From assembly GCF_001447785.1 (NCBI RefSeq), contig NW_015164185.1, positions 1,194,928 through 1,258,927 of the forward strand: a stretch of 64,000 nucleotides of DNA, in the 5' to 3' direction. The position numbers and the translations under genes are program-made. The DNA is from Gekko japonicus. Taxonomy: Eukaryota. Shown one piece after another: positions 11,922 through 24,066 of the stretch. Within the stretch, counting starts at the first letter, position 1. Each line of letters begins with the position of its first letter. The notes beneath the pieces are model-generated. The model was given only the letters and a program-made list of their open reading frames with translations, did no database searches and was not told where the DNA came from.

Positions 11922-13636
11922 TATGACCCTCACCCGAATACTCTGTTATGGTTCACAAATAGATCCATCGACCCTCCACATTTAACTGGAGGACTCGTGA
12001 ATGAATTCCTGAGGATTTCCTCTATCTTGGCTGGTTTGCCCTTTGTTCAATAACAGCAATGGGAAAGTTGCCTCACCATGGATCTCATTGTGTCGTCTGG
12101 CCTGTTTGCTTTTCTTGTGTTGTTTTTCCTGTGCCTATGGGGATTAAAGGCAAGCAGCCTGCCAGGATGACAACAAGCCAACATGCCATTCACAATGAAA
12201 AGGTCCCAACTATTGATTTTATCTTTGTCTTCAAAGCCAAACGGAAGGTATAGGAAGGCCAGAACAAAATAAAGCCATACTGTGTCCTGGCTGAGCGAAG
12301 GACTGAACACAGAGTATATACTCCTCCGTACCTATTAAGAGGAAGCCTTGTCAGTGTGTCTACCTTATACAATTCTCCTGAGAGCCCAACGCATACAGTT
12401 TGAATATCTATTTTCTCAGCTGCCTGCCAAATTGTTCTACATATGCAACCACCTGATTTGTGAAACGCAGCCATAGCTCCATTTGTGGGAAAGACCACCA
12501 CCCATCCTATCCAGCCCCCCAGCTCTGTTCTCTTTGCCCCCACATTCCAAGGTCAGGCTGGTGGCAACCAGAGACAGGGCTTTTTAAATAGTGGTCCCTC
12601 ACCTTGGGAATGACCTCCCCCATGAGGCTTGCCTGGTGCCTCTTACTTTCTCTGCGGTGCCAGGCCAAAACATGTCTGTTTACTCTGGCCTTTAATAAAG
12701 GGGTTGATCTTCTAATACCATTCCTACAGTGTGCTTTTAAACTAAAAATTGGTGAATTCATTTCAAGCTGTTCAATGATTTCTGTTCTGGCTGGATTTTT
12801 GATGATTGGCCTTAAGTAACAACTTGAATTTTTCCCTGTTATTATTACATTTAGTTTCTTAAACCACATAAGGCAGGTTCCCTGGAAAGGCTGCACAAAA
12901 ACTTTCTAAAGGAATAAATACTGAACTGTAAGCTCTGTGCACGTTTCAGAACACGACTGACTGGCTAAAGGACATAGAAGTTATTACAACCTAATGGTCC
13001 CTGAAAAGTTAGTTTTGAAGTGGAAGCACGAACTGCAAGGCCCCCTTGCAAAATCATCTAAACTCTGGTCTGAATGCTGCTGTTCAACAAAACAAAACCA
13101 AAAAACACCTCCAAGATACCTATCTGGGAATCTTGCGGTCATGGTGCTGATTGCACAAAGCATGCATTATTGACTAAAGACGACAGCGCCTTCCTGACCC
13201 CTGATCTGCAGCACTGCCTGTAGCAAACGAAGTGAAAGCAAAATATTTGCCTCTGTCCATCCACCCCAATAGCAGCACCTGGGGGAGGACTACAGCATTT
13301 GCATGTATTCCCTGTCTGCAGCACTGCCTGTATGAAACAGTGTGCCAACAAAACATTTTTGGAGGAGCATAAAACAGGAGCAGCAGCAGCAACAACAACA
13401 AAGATCAGAGAGCAAACAGAAGCTAAGGATCATATAGAATCAAAGTCACAAGCCAGTGAGTCAGCAGTGTGATTACTACAAGCTAAATACTCGATCTATT
13501 AACATAATCATCTGCAGTGGCAAGATTTATGTAAGTTAGTTGATTGGAAAATATCCTTGTCAACTAAGTCACTGTCCCTTGCTCTTTTTCAGCAAACTAC
13601 AAGCCTGATATTGTTCAGAATAAAAATGGGCCAGCA

Positions 13637-13750
13637 GCGGCTAGACAAACATTTGTCAGGGATGCTCTAGGCTGATCCTGCACTGAGCAGGGGGTTGGAC
13701 TAGATGGCCTATATGGCCCCTTCCAACTCTGTGATTCTAGGATTCTATGG
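13637..13750 (+). mobile_element. CR1 3' end
   Basis: gggttggactagatggcc...ccccttccaactc (ATTCTRTG)n-type tail; near-identical copy at 58214-58334. Confidence 0.85.
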
Positions 13751-15016
13751 GCCATTTTATCTTTAAAAAGGGCCATTTCAGAGTTTTGATGAGTTAATAT
13801 TTATGTATTATTTATTTATATATTCAATTTATATACCGCTCTAACCTAACAGGTCTCTGAGCAGTTTACAGTTTGCAGATTCCCCTAACTAGGGCCACAT
13901 TGTATAGGGTAGTGTCTGCCTACCAGCACCCAGGGCTTGTTGTTTATCTGGCGGCTTTTTCCAGCGGGCTTCGGGTGTCGGCGTCCTTCTGGTGTCCCTT
14001 CCTTGGAGCAGGTCTTTTCTGGGCAGCGGTACATAAATGACAATGCATATCCTTATAATATAATGAGATAAGCAATTAGGCACCAAAACTTCAGTAATCA
14101 TAATTACTACCTGTGACTCTCCTCTGCAATTCAAGTATTACATCAGTAACTTGTCAAATCCATCACCAGGTGAATCACATTCTGTAATGCCTCTAATGCT
14201 TTTAAAATTAAGTATGAAAATGCAACATATAAAATATGCATGATTATTGTACATAAATGTGACATTGTGGGCACTATAAAAGTTTTATTGCCATTCCCTT
14301 TGCCACAAGACACGTGGCAGGGCTCAGAGTGAGTCATCTGGGGCTTTACAAACACTCCAATAAAAGCTTATTAGCAGGCCACGCCATCCTACACTTTGAC
14401 ACATTCAAGTTGTCCCAGTTTTATCCTCTCCAATTTTCCAACTTTGAAGTGGTTTAAGCACTGTGGTAATGTTGATGTCATTATAATTGGCAAGGATGAG
14501 TGCATTATGTCCACTTAGGTAATGTTTGCTTTTTCTTTTTTTTAAAAAAAAAAACTTTTTGCATCTTTTTAAACTAGGGCAAATGAAATACCCTTGGCCT
14601 TATGAACATATCTGTATGACTCAGGCACTCTCATAACCTCATAACTCAAGTCAGGCCTGCATGCAGGCATAATTTTGCCTTGTCCGTATTGTTCAAATGG
14701 GATCACTAACTGTTCCCGCCCTTTGAACAGCATTCAGGCATGCAGGGATTACACGAAGATGAAATATTTTCCTGTTTCATCTCCATGCTATGCAATTTTA
14801 TTCATTCATTCATTCATTTATTCATCCATCCATCCATTCATTCAATTTATACCCCGCCCTCCCCGCTGAAGTAGGTTCAGGGCGGCGTACATAAAATACA
14901 TATATAAATACAATTCAAATCATTCATAAAACATCGTAACAGTTAAATATGTACTAAATTTCTGCACGTCAGACTGTAGCACAACCAGAGCAACTAGTCT
15001 ATGCATATTAAAAACT

Positions 15017-15214
15017 AGGCTTACCAACTTCCAGATGAGGCCTCAGGTACTCCTGGAATGAAAGCCGATTGGCCAATTAGAGAGATCTGTTCCCTGGGAG
15101 GAAACAGCAGCTTCGGATGGTTAACTCCGTGACATCACATCCCTGCTGAGCTCACTCCCCCAGGCACCACCCCCAGATCCCTGGGAATTTCCCAGACTGG
15201 ATTTGGCAAGCCTA
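15017..15214. mobile_element. hAT-type MITE (older)
   Basis: taggcttaccaa/ttggcaagccta; same internal sequence as 9819-10029. Confidence 0.7.
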
Positions 15215-15893
15215 ACTGGAGCAGATCTCGTACTCACTGGCTCCCACAGAGCAGTATATTACCAGCTGAGGATAAGTGGGAGAGATATTAATTAATCAGT
15301 GCCTTAATTACCAAGAGGGGAGATTCCTAAATTACATCTGCTTTCAACCTAGAAATTATCCCACAATTATATCAGGGAGGTAGATGTCTGGGGTTACCGT
15401 GTAGTGAGGGAACAACACTCTGCTCATGTGCAGAGTATTTGCAGTCCTGGCATTATGTGAAGGGATTATTGCTGGCTCAGATTGATTTAGATCTTCCCAC
15501 AGAGTTTGCTATCCTGCAACAAGAGATGGTGGGATTTCAGGCCCATTTAAAGTTCAAGTTTTGTACAGCATTTTTTTGTTGTTGTCAAAAATGCCTATTT
15601 TGCTTATTCGGTCCTTTAGCCCTAATCCCAGTGGTTATTCATTTGTGAGTAAAAGCCATTCTGTACATGCATGTGTTCCTTTACAGAGGCAAGTCACAGC
15701 AAAGTGGTTTGCAAATGACCATAAAAGCAGGGATCAGGCTGAGTGAAATGGGTACTCATTTTTCTGCTCCACCCCCTGCCCCATGACCCCACCTACTCCC
15801 AAGGCAAATTCCCCACTCCAGATATAGGAGGCAACCCTAAAACAGTGAACATCTGACTCTAGTTTTCTGCCCAGCATTCCCATATGTCACTGT

Positions 15894-17060
15894 TAGGGTG
15901 GTCAACCTCTAGGTGAGGCCTTGAGATCTCCCAGAATTGCTATTGATCTCCAGATTGCAGAGATTAGTTCCCCTGGAGAAAATGGCTCCTTTGGAGGGTG
16001 AACTGTATGGCATCATAGCCCACTGAGGTCTCTCTAGGGCTGCCATTCCCCCAACGGGATATAGTATTATGAAAATATATTTAGACTGCTGTTTTGCAGT
16101 GAGTAGTATTTCTTCAACAAGTAATAATGATGTATGCATACACACTTTTATAACGGAATTTGCATATACTACTGTTTCACATGACTACTTTTTCTAAGTG
16201 TGCTACGTGGGTAACATTAGTTTACACGTCACTGAAAGGCGAGGAAAAACAATATAATCAAATAATCATCTTATGTTGTCAGCAGTCTAACTGAGGTCTC
16301 TCTAGGGCTGCCATTCCCCCAACGGGATATAGTATTATGAAAATATATTTAGACTGCTGTTTTGCAGTGAGTAGTATTTCTTCAACAAGTAATAATGATG
16401 TATGCATACACACTTTTATAACGGAATTTGCATATACTACTGTTTCACATGACTGCTTTTTCAAAGTGTGCTGCGTGGGTAACATTAGTTTACATGGCAC
16501 TGAAAGGCGAGGAAAAACAATACAATCAAATAATCATCTTATGTTGTCAGCAGTCTAAATATATGTTCATAATACTATATCGAAGCTGCTTTCATCATTG
16601 TTTGCATCCTTCCCGTGATCTCTCTGTTGTTTCTACAGGGGCAGGGGTTTGCCTGCTTTCAGGCCCCCAGATCCGCCAGCCTGGATTTGGCTGGTGGGGG
16701 AACCCCGCCCCCAAAGCGCCCGGTTCACAGCAATGTGGCCAAAGCAATGATGTCACCTGGAGGTGATGTCATTGCGCAGGGCACGTTGCGGGGGGGGGAC
16801 AGTCAATCATTTAAGGGGAAACCATAGAGTTTTTTCTTAAATGGTACAGCGTCCCCTGCAACATGCTATGCACGATGACGTTACTTCTGGTGACATTATT
16901 ACTTCAAGCATATTGCCATGAACTGGGTCCTTTGGGGGCGGGGTTACCCCCCACCAGGGTAAGACCTGGCAACCCTAGGTCTCTCCCCTCCCCAAGCCTC
17001 ACCCCTCCAAGGCTCCACTCCCAAATCTCCAGAAATTTCCCAGACCAGACTTGGCAAGCC
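15894..17060. mobile_element. Three-level nest of MITEs with a 268-bp tandem duplication
   Basis: Outer MITE split by a hAT MITE 16035-16977 (TSD ggtctctc), which contains an AT-rich MITE 16326-16581 (34-bp TIR, 1 mismatch); 16023-16290 repeated at 16291-16558. Confidence 0.85.
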
Positions 17061-17503
17061 ACCAGGTGCCAACCACCAGCTGGCAACACTATTCACTGTG
17101 GCTATTAAAGAAGGACATAATCTATTGCGTAGTGCAAAGTCCCAACTTCTTCGAAATCATTTTTAACAACACTGGGAAATCCAGTGCAGACACCTTGACT
17201 CGAAGGAAAAAATATATATAAATAAATACTTGTCTCAGACTTCTCTTGCTTCCCACGCTTTTACTGATCTGGATTTGCAGAGTTTACGACTTGTAGTACT
17301 AATTATGAGATACAAAAATGTTTTCCCTCCTATTCTCATACAAGGCCTGCTTTCACTGAAGCCTATTAAAGAGGCAGTACACAACAAAAATAGAAGAAAG
17401 AAGCAGTGGAACCTGAAGATCTCCTGGAATTACAGCTTATTTGTAATGACAGAGAACACTTCCCCTGGGGGGGGGGTGGAATCGTTGGAAGGCAGACTCT
17501 ATG

Positions 17504-17854
17504 TAGGGCTGCCAGGTCCCTCAGGGGGGCAGAGGGGTTGCTGGCTCAAAGGGCCCTGATCTGCCACCCCAAATCTGGCTTGTGGAGGGAACCTTGCCCC
17601 AAAAGTGCCCAAATCCAGCTGACATGCCCGACGCAATGACATCACCCAGAGGTGGCATCATCGTGCTTGGCATGTCACTGGTGGACACTCTAGCATTCAG
17701 CCTGAAAACTCTATGGTATCATAGAGTTTTCAAGCTAAATACTAGAGCGTCCACTGGCAGCATGCCTAGTGTGATTATGTCACTTCCAGGTGACGTCATT
17801 GTGGCACGCATGCGTCCCCTCCTACTGGAAAAGGTAAGGGACCTGGCAACCCTA
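17504..17854. mobile_element. hAT-type MITE nested in another MITE (17406-17962)
   Basis: tagggctgccaggtccc/gggacctggcaacccta; perfect TSD actctatg. Confidence 0.88.
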
Positions 17855-18773
17855 ACTCTATGGCATTATACCCTGCCGAGTTTGTTCCCCTACCACACCC
17901 TGCCCTCTCAAGGCTCTACCCCCAAATCTCCAGGGATTTTGCAACCCAGAGTGGGCAGCCCTCGTCCCCTGCTGTCTGTCGAGTCCCACAGAAACTGTGC
18001 TGCACAAGCCCTGTTGAAATCAGTAGGAGCCAAGGCAAGAGCACTTCAGACTCGGCCCACGGTTTCCATGAAACCATCACTGCAGGGAGGGGAGGAGCAA
18101 TTTTTAAAAGAAATTACTGTTAGACCTCTTATTAAAATGACTAGGAATGAAAAATAATCTAATTGCCACAAGCAAATTCTGTGTTGCTTCTTCCAGCTGG
18201 CAAAAAAGAAGGGCTTATATTTTAGTAAGTAAGTGTGTGTGTGCACGTGCATTTCCAATCTGAATGGCTAAATTGTGCTGAATGGCTGAGTTGTGCTGTG
18301 AGGCCATTTTAAAATCCACTTCATCAAAGGCTGTGGTTTTTAAAACAGCTGCTTTGATCCTACTCAACACGTAACTTTATATTTACACACAGAAAATAAT
18401 AAACAATAGGAATCACAATCATAATAGCATTTTGATTAATTTTCTTTTGTGAGAAACTGTATAGCTGGTTTAAAAAGTTGAGCATTCACTGAACAGTGTG
18501 GTCAAGGTGACGTCTTTACTCTGAATGAAATATCAATCACTTTTCTTCTCTGCTTCATTGGGTTCATGGGAATATAAAGAGGAAGTAAACAGTTTCCCAC
18601 TTGAAAGAACAAAAAAAGAAAAGGCCACACAATCTGCTAAATAGCCTTAATAAAAGAAACTGCTTGACAGCTGTCACACAAGAAGAACAAAAGTGTAATC
18701 TGCAACATATATTCTATTTCGAGAAACATGATGTTCAGGGTCCAGATGTATTTAGTTCTAAAGGTTCCTGCAT

Positions 18774-18790
18774 TGCCACCTAGTGGCACA
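18774..18790 (-). promoter_or_regulatory. CTCF consensus motif
   Basis: Minus strand TGTGCCACTAGGTGGCA fits CCASYAGRKGGCR; lies in TE-free sequence. Confidence 0.6.
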
Positions 18791-20633
18791 TTTATTTTGT
18801 TCACATAAAACGTTTTCCTTGGCTGTTAACTAAAGCATTAGAAAGGAATTTTTTATTCTAAAACGTGCCTTTAGGCTCTTCCTGTGGAGTGTAAAGAATG
18901 CACAGTTGCCAACTGATTAAAAGATTAGTGATGCAATCCTAAATACAGTTTACACCCCACAGTGCCCATGCAATGGACTTAGGTGTGACTCTGTTTAGAA
19001 TGACATGGTTTGTCAATTATCAGTTTTAATATTAATATACTAATATTTAATAAAGTGTTCTATTTTTAAAATGGGGGGATGTTAATGAAGAAAATAGTCT
19101 GTCCCGACTAAATATTATTGACATAGAAATTCTTCTGAAACATATTGTCCAATTCAATGGATAAACATCAGTATTTATTGGCTTTATTTATTGATCACTT
19201 TTTTGCTGACTAAGGGCAGACTACACAGTGCAAAACAATGCAATCAAATAGCATGAGACATCCAGCAAACAAAGCAACAGGACTGGGATCACAAACATTA
19301 GAAACAATGCCCCCCCCCAAAAAAAAATATCAGACCTGATAGATCATAAACAGTGCAAAAAAAGGAACTACCAAAGTAGTAAACAGTGCAGCAAGAGCAA
19401 GGTAATGCACACAACAAATCCTGTTCCCTTTACAAAAGCGCCCACAGTTCCACTATACAGGTCAATTGTTTGACATGGTTTGTGGAATGACATAAGGGTC
19501 AGGGCCTTCCTGACCTCATCAGAAAGGCCATTCCACAAAGTGGGAGCCACTGTGTATAGATTCATCAGATCTGACCCCCTCCAGCCAGCATCCTGCCAGT
19601 GACCATCGCCTGGTGACCAAGCATCCCCCTTGTGTGCAGAAGTTCCTAGATTCATTTCGTGATATCTCCAGTTCAAACAATCAGGTAGTAGGTGATGTGA
19701 AAGACTTCTGCCTGAGACCCTGGATGAATGCTGCCAGTTAGGGTACACAACAGTGATCAGACTGTGCCTAGTCTGAGGAGTGGAGAAGTCCCCCTTACAC
19801 AAAAGTAACATTTTTTTTTCAGGTATGCCTCAGCCTGTCTTCGACTGCTGATCCTTCCTCCAGGGCTTTGGTTGGTCTTTTCCAGTTCACAACTGCTGAT
19901 CCTTCCTCCACTGGTAGTAGCCATGGGCAGGGCTTTGGTTGGTCTTTTCCAGTTCACTTGGTCCTACTTGCCTGCATTGGCCATTGGCCCAAAGACTGTG
20001 GGGTGATTGTTCAGCTCCTGGGGGGGAGGACATTGATAGCTCCTTTGATGGAGTCTACTGCCTTCTCTCTGCCCCAACTCAGACGAGACATGCAGATGGG
20101 GAGGGGGGGAAGATGGGTGTTCTGTCAGTGGCGGTCTGGCATCACTTCTGGTCTAGCTATGATTCCACCTGACCAGGCCGGTTGTGCTGTAGAGCTACTA
20201 CCTTATGGCCACTCCCCTCCGTAGTCACAATATCCTGCATCACTAGAGTATGACACTGGTTCCATGGTGTCCTATTTGCTTGTACTGCAGCAGCTGCTTT
20301 AGTATCGGCAAAGAAGATGCTGAGGAACTGGAGCAGCATTCTGGTAACACAGATTATTATATCATATGTGAAGAGAAGAAGAAACAGTGGCTGGCTTGTT
20401 CTTCCTTCCAGAGCTGCGACTCCAAAGTCTTGGGTACATACGGTCAAGAGAATCACTGTTTACTAACAACAAATGTGTTGTTGTAGGTTAGACTATTTGA
20501 ACAGCATGGGGGAGACCTGGGTTAAAATCCCCACCTTACCATGGAAGCTTGTTCAGTGATTTTGGGCCAGTCACACACTCTCAACTTAACCTATCACACA
20601 GGAGTGTTGTGAGGATAAAATGGAGGAGAAATG

Positions 20634-20899
20634 TAGGGTTGTCAGGCCAAGCTGGCAAGAGGGTTGGGCAGGGGGAAAGGGGGGTACGCAATGGTGGCTA
20701 TGTTGCTATGTCACTTCCAGGAAAACCCCAGAAGTGACATAGGATAGCTTTAGGGATCATAGGAAACTCTATGGTTAAGAGTTTCCAGTGATTCCTAGAG
20801 CTACCCTGATCAAGTAATGCAACTGATGTCACAGCTTTCTTTTTTAAATTTTGTGATGGGCAAGAAGGCTACTGGTGGGAGGCCTGTCTGACAGCCCTA
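20634..20899. mobile_element. hAT-type MITE inserted in a SINE (20480-20955)
   Basis: tagggttgtcag/ctgacagcccta; TSD gagaaatg/ggagaatg. Confidence 0.75.
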
Positions 20900-22987
20900 G
20901 GAGAATGTTGGAAGCCACTTTGGGTCCGTATTGAGAGGAAAGTGGAATATAAATTAACTAACAAGGCCATTGGGTTCATGATAGCTTCTTCACTCGGCTC
21001 TTTCAGAAAGCAGCATGTATTTTATCCTTCAGTCCATTTGGAAATAAATCAGGCTAGTCAAGCAACTTATACCTGGGCGGGCACATCCTCCCCAGGAGAA
21101 AACACAGGATGTTGTTCTTACCATATACCTCTTTAATTAACTGCAAAGGCAAGGGATAGGTAGAAAATTCACTGGGTGAGCTTTGTAAAATGGTTTTATT
21201 TGCTATTTCACTGGCTGCATTTCCAATGGCTTTTTTTCAAATTCTTTCCCATTAATCTCCATTTGCTGTATTATAATTTCACCGTGTTCCCTCATTTAAA
21301 AAAAATCACTCTGGTTTAGCCATTCCACAAAAGAGTCCTTAGGGAGCATAAGCAAAATCTCTAGTGATGACTAGCATGCAAGATTTTATTGAGACATTAT
21401 CGCATTATTGCCCACAGCAGAAAAAGTACTCATCTTGCTTAGAATGCTGCAAAGGGACAAGTTTTGGAATCCTTCCAATTTTGCAAACATCTCTGTCAAA
21501 TATGAGGCCCTGGAGATTATGGGGATTGGGGGGACATTAGAAAGGAAACAGCTTGAGAGAGGACAGCAATGACTGCTGAAGGCACCAAAAGGAGACAACG
21601 GAATAAGGAGGAAACATGAAACTGAGCACTGTCAGGTTCCCCCTGCATGGCAAATTCTGCTTATCATCAGCAGAAGAATATATAAACCAGGTTGTGCAGT
21701 ATTCCAGAGAATGATAACAACTCAACAGAGGTCATAAAATAAAAAATGGTATGTTGCAGTACACACTTACACAAGTTAATGGCAGGAGAGCTTTATGGGT
21801 TTTAGAAAGTCTATAAATTTTTGAGCTGGACAGAGGCACATGTAAATAGGAAAAGCAGATATTGTCAGTTTACTAAATAGGGCTCCAAGTTTCTAGGTAC
21901 TGTTCACGTACAAAATCTGACACTTTATAGTACAGAAATTAAACTCTTTTCCATTTGGTCAAGAAAGAAACTACATTGATGTGATACATATATTGGAGTT
22001 ACACATAGAACAGCAAAGATGATTTACAGATGGTTAATTAATCATAACGTACTAGTCCCAGAAATTTATTTTGCATTATTTGAGGTACTGAACTCAGGAA
22101 TTTTAAAACGAAGGGATTCTACTTTGTAAATATTTTTCAAGCAGTTGCCATGCACCAAGGGCCGATGCTCTCCTCAAGACCAATTCAGTAGTTAAGGTGA
22201 GGCCAACCTTATCTCACTTCGGTTTTCATATCTGGCCTGGCCTTCCCTTTGTCACACGAGGAACAATTTTTATATGGACTGGTTTTTTTATAAGCGACTC
22301 CAGTGAGAAAGTTGAGGAGCTGCATAGGGGCTGAACTGTTAAATGAAATTTGACAATTTCTTCTGCTTTTCACCTACAACTTGGAATACTATCCCCCTTC
22401 TCTTTTGTTCCACTTATATATTCCTTCTCCTCCCTGTGTTCTACATTTCCTCCCCTTGGTGGCTATGCAGACGGATGGGAAGATTCTAGTCGCTATTACT
22501 TCAAAAAAATCCTTTATTTTAAACCTGGTTGATCAGATGTTAAAACCAGAATTCAGAGGCAAAAAGAAAACCAAAGCAGTATTGTGAAGATTTATGTGTT
22601 GGGACCACATAAACCTTCAAAACACAAGGAAATGCAAAACTCAACAGTTCCTGCCATGGCAGCACAGCAGTCTCGATCCTCTGCTACCACAAGTGGTAGT
22701 AATTAACAAAATAGAGGTTTTTACGGCTAGTTCTGAAAACCATTCATTAATTAGATGCCACAGTTAAGGCTTACAAATGGCTATATAACATCATGGCTTA
22801 AAAGTGTTAATTGAATGGATTATTTTTCTGGGGAACCATCGTTGCCAATCTCCAGGTGAGGGCTGGAGATCACTCAAAATTACAACTGTTCTTTAGGTAG
22901 CAGAGATCAGTTCCTCTGGAGAAAATGGTGGACTCAGTGTCATTATACCCTGCTGAGGTCACCACACCAAATTGACACTGAGTGTCC

Positions 22988-23044
22988 AAGGCCGGGGCAC
23001 ACTTTCTAGAGGCCGTTGTATTCCACAACGGGCCTTTTTCGTAG
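22988..23044 (+). mobile_element. Helitron-like 3' terminus
   Basis: Hairpin ccgttg-tattcca-caacgg, then ~10 nt later GTAG|T (CTAG variant). Confidence 0.45.
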
Positions 23045-24066
23045 TTTGCTATAACTCTAATTTTAGTTACAGTCTGCAAAAAAGGGATGATCGCCCTTGC
23101 TGTTCCTTCTTTCCATATTGCTGCATCTGGGCTCGCAGGAGGCAAAAGTGCTCATTCAGTATTCTAGCTACCATTCTACATGGCCAGCACAGGGAGCTTC
23201 AAGGAGTGAGCTGGGACACAGCCCCTAGTTGAAAATGCATGGTGAAAAGGTACCTGAAGGGGGGGAATCAACAACTGAATTTCTCCTAGCTGCAACCTCA
23301 CCGATTCGATTCAACAACTGGAGCATGGAGCCACAAGGGAGAAGCTGCGCCAGATCCTCTTTCTTCCTCCCTTTTTGCTTGGTAGGCATTAAAGGCTGTG
23401 TTGTTCTATTAGGAGAAAAGGTAGCAACCTGATATTCTCATTTCTGCATTTCTGCAAGCATATTGACATGGACAAAACTTTGCTTTTGATCCACAATACT
23501 ATTTATTGTCCTCAGAGGCCTGTCTCTTCAAACAGCTTGCAAAAGGAGAGACGGAAGAACATTTCTGAGATGTGTATTCATTAATAATTGTCATCCCGTT
23601 GCCACTGTACTTCCTTTTCCAAGACTGAGGTAATTTTTCATTTTGTAACTGGAAGTTTCAGTGCTTTGTCATACTGAACAATAAAGCATTTGTATAAAGA
23701 CTCAAGGCAGCTTTCAATATGACATGAAAAAACTGAATCCTCTGGGGATTTAACTTCAGTAACAGAGCAAACAAAGACAGGTATTGATTCCTTTATAGAC
23801 AAATCTGACTGCACTGATTTACATCTAGAATAGGCAGGGAAAGGTTACTCATCTTTTTACATTTTCAAAACATTTTTCTCTCTTCCTGCACAAAACCGAT
23901 CTCAACCTGTTGATAATATGAAAATAATACAAGGTAGTTTTAAATTTGTATGTTTAGGGTAGGAGAAAAATATCGGCTTCAATTTTCCAATAGCATTTCG
24001 GATCAAGACAGGTTAGGAAAACAGACTCTTCAACAACCTGCACACCATCAACAGATATGATTCAGG

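Noticed and set aside
17582-18157. 191-aa ORF (similarly 4106-4549 and 60988-61458)
   Set aside because: Chance open frames in GC-rich MITE, microsatellite or CpG-island sequence
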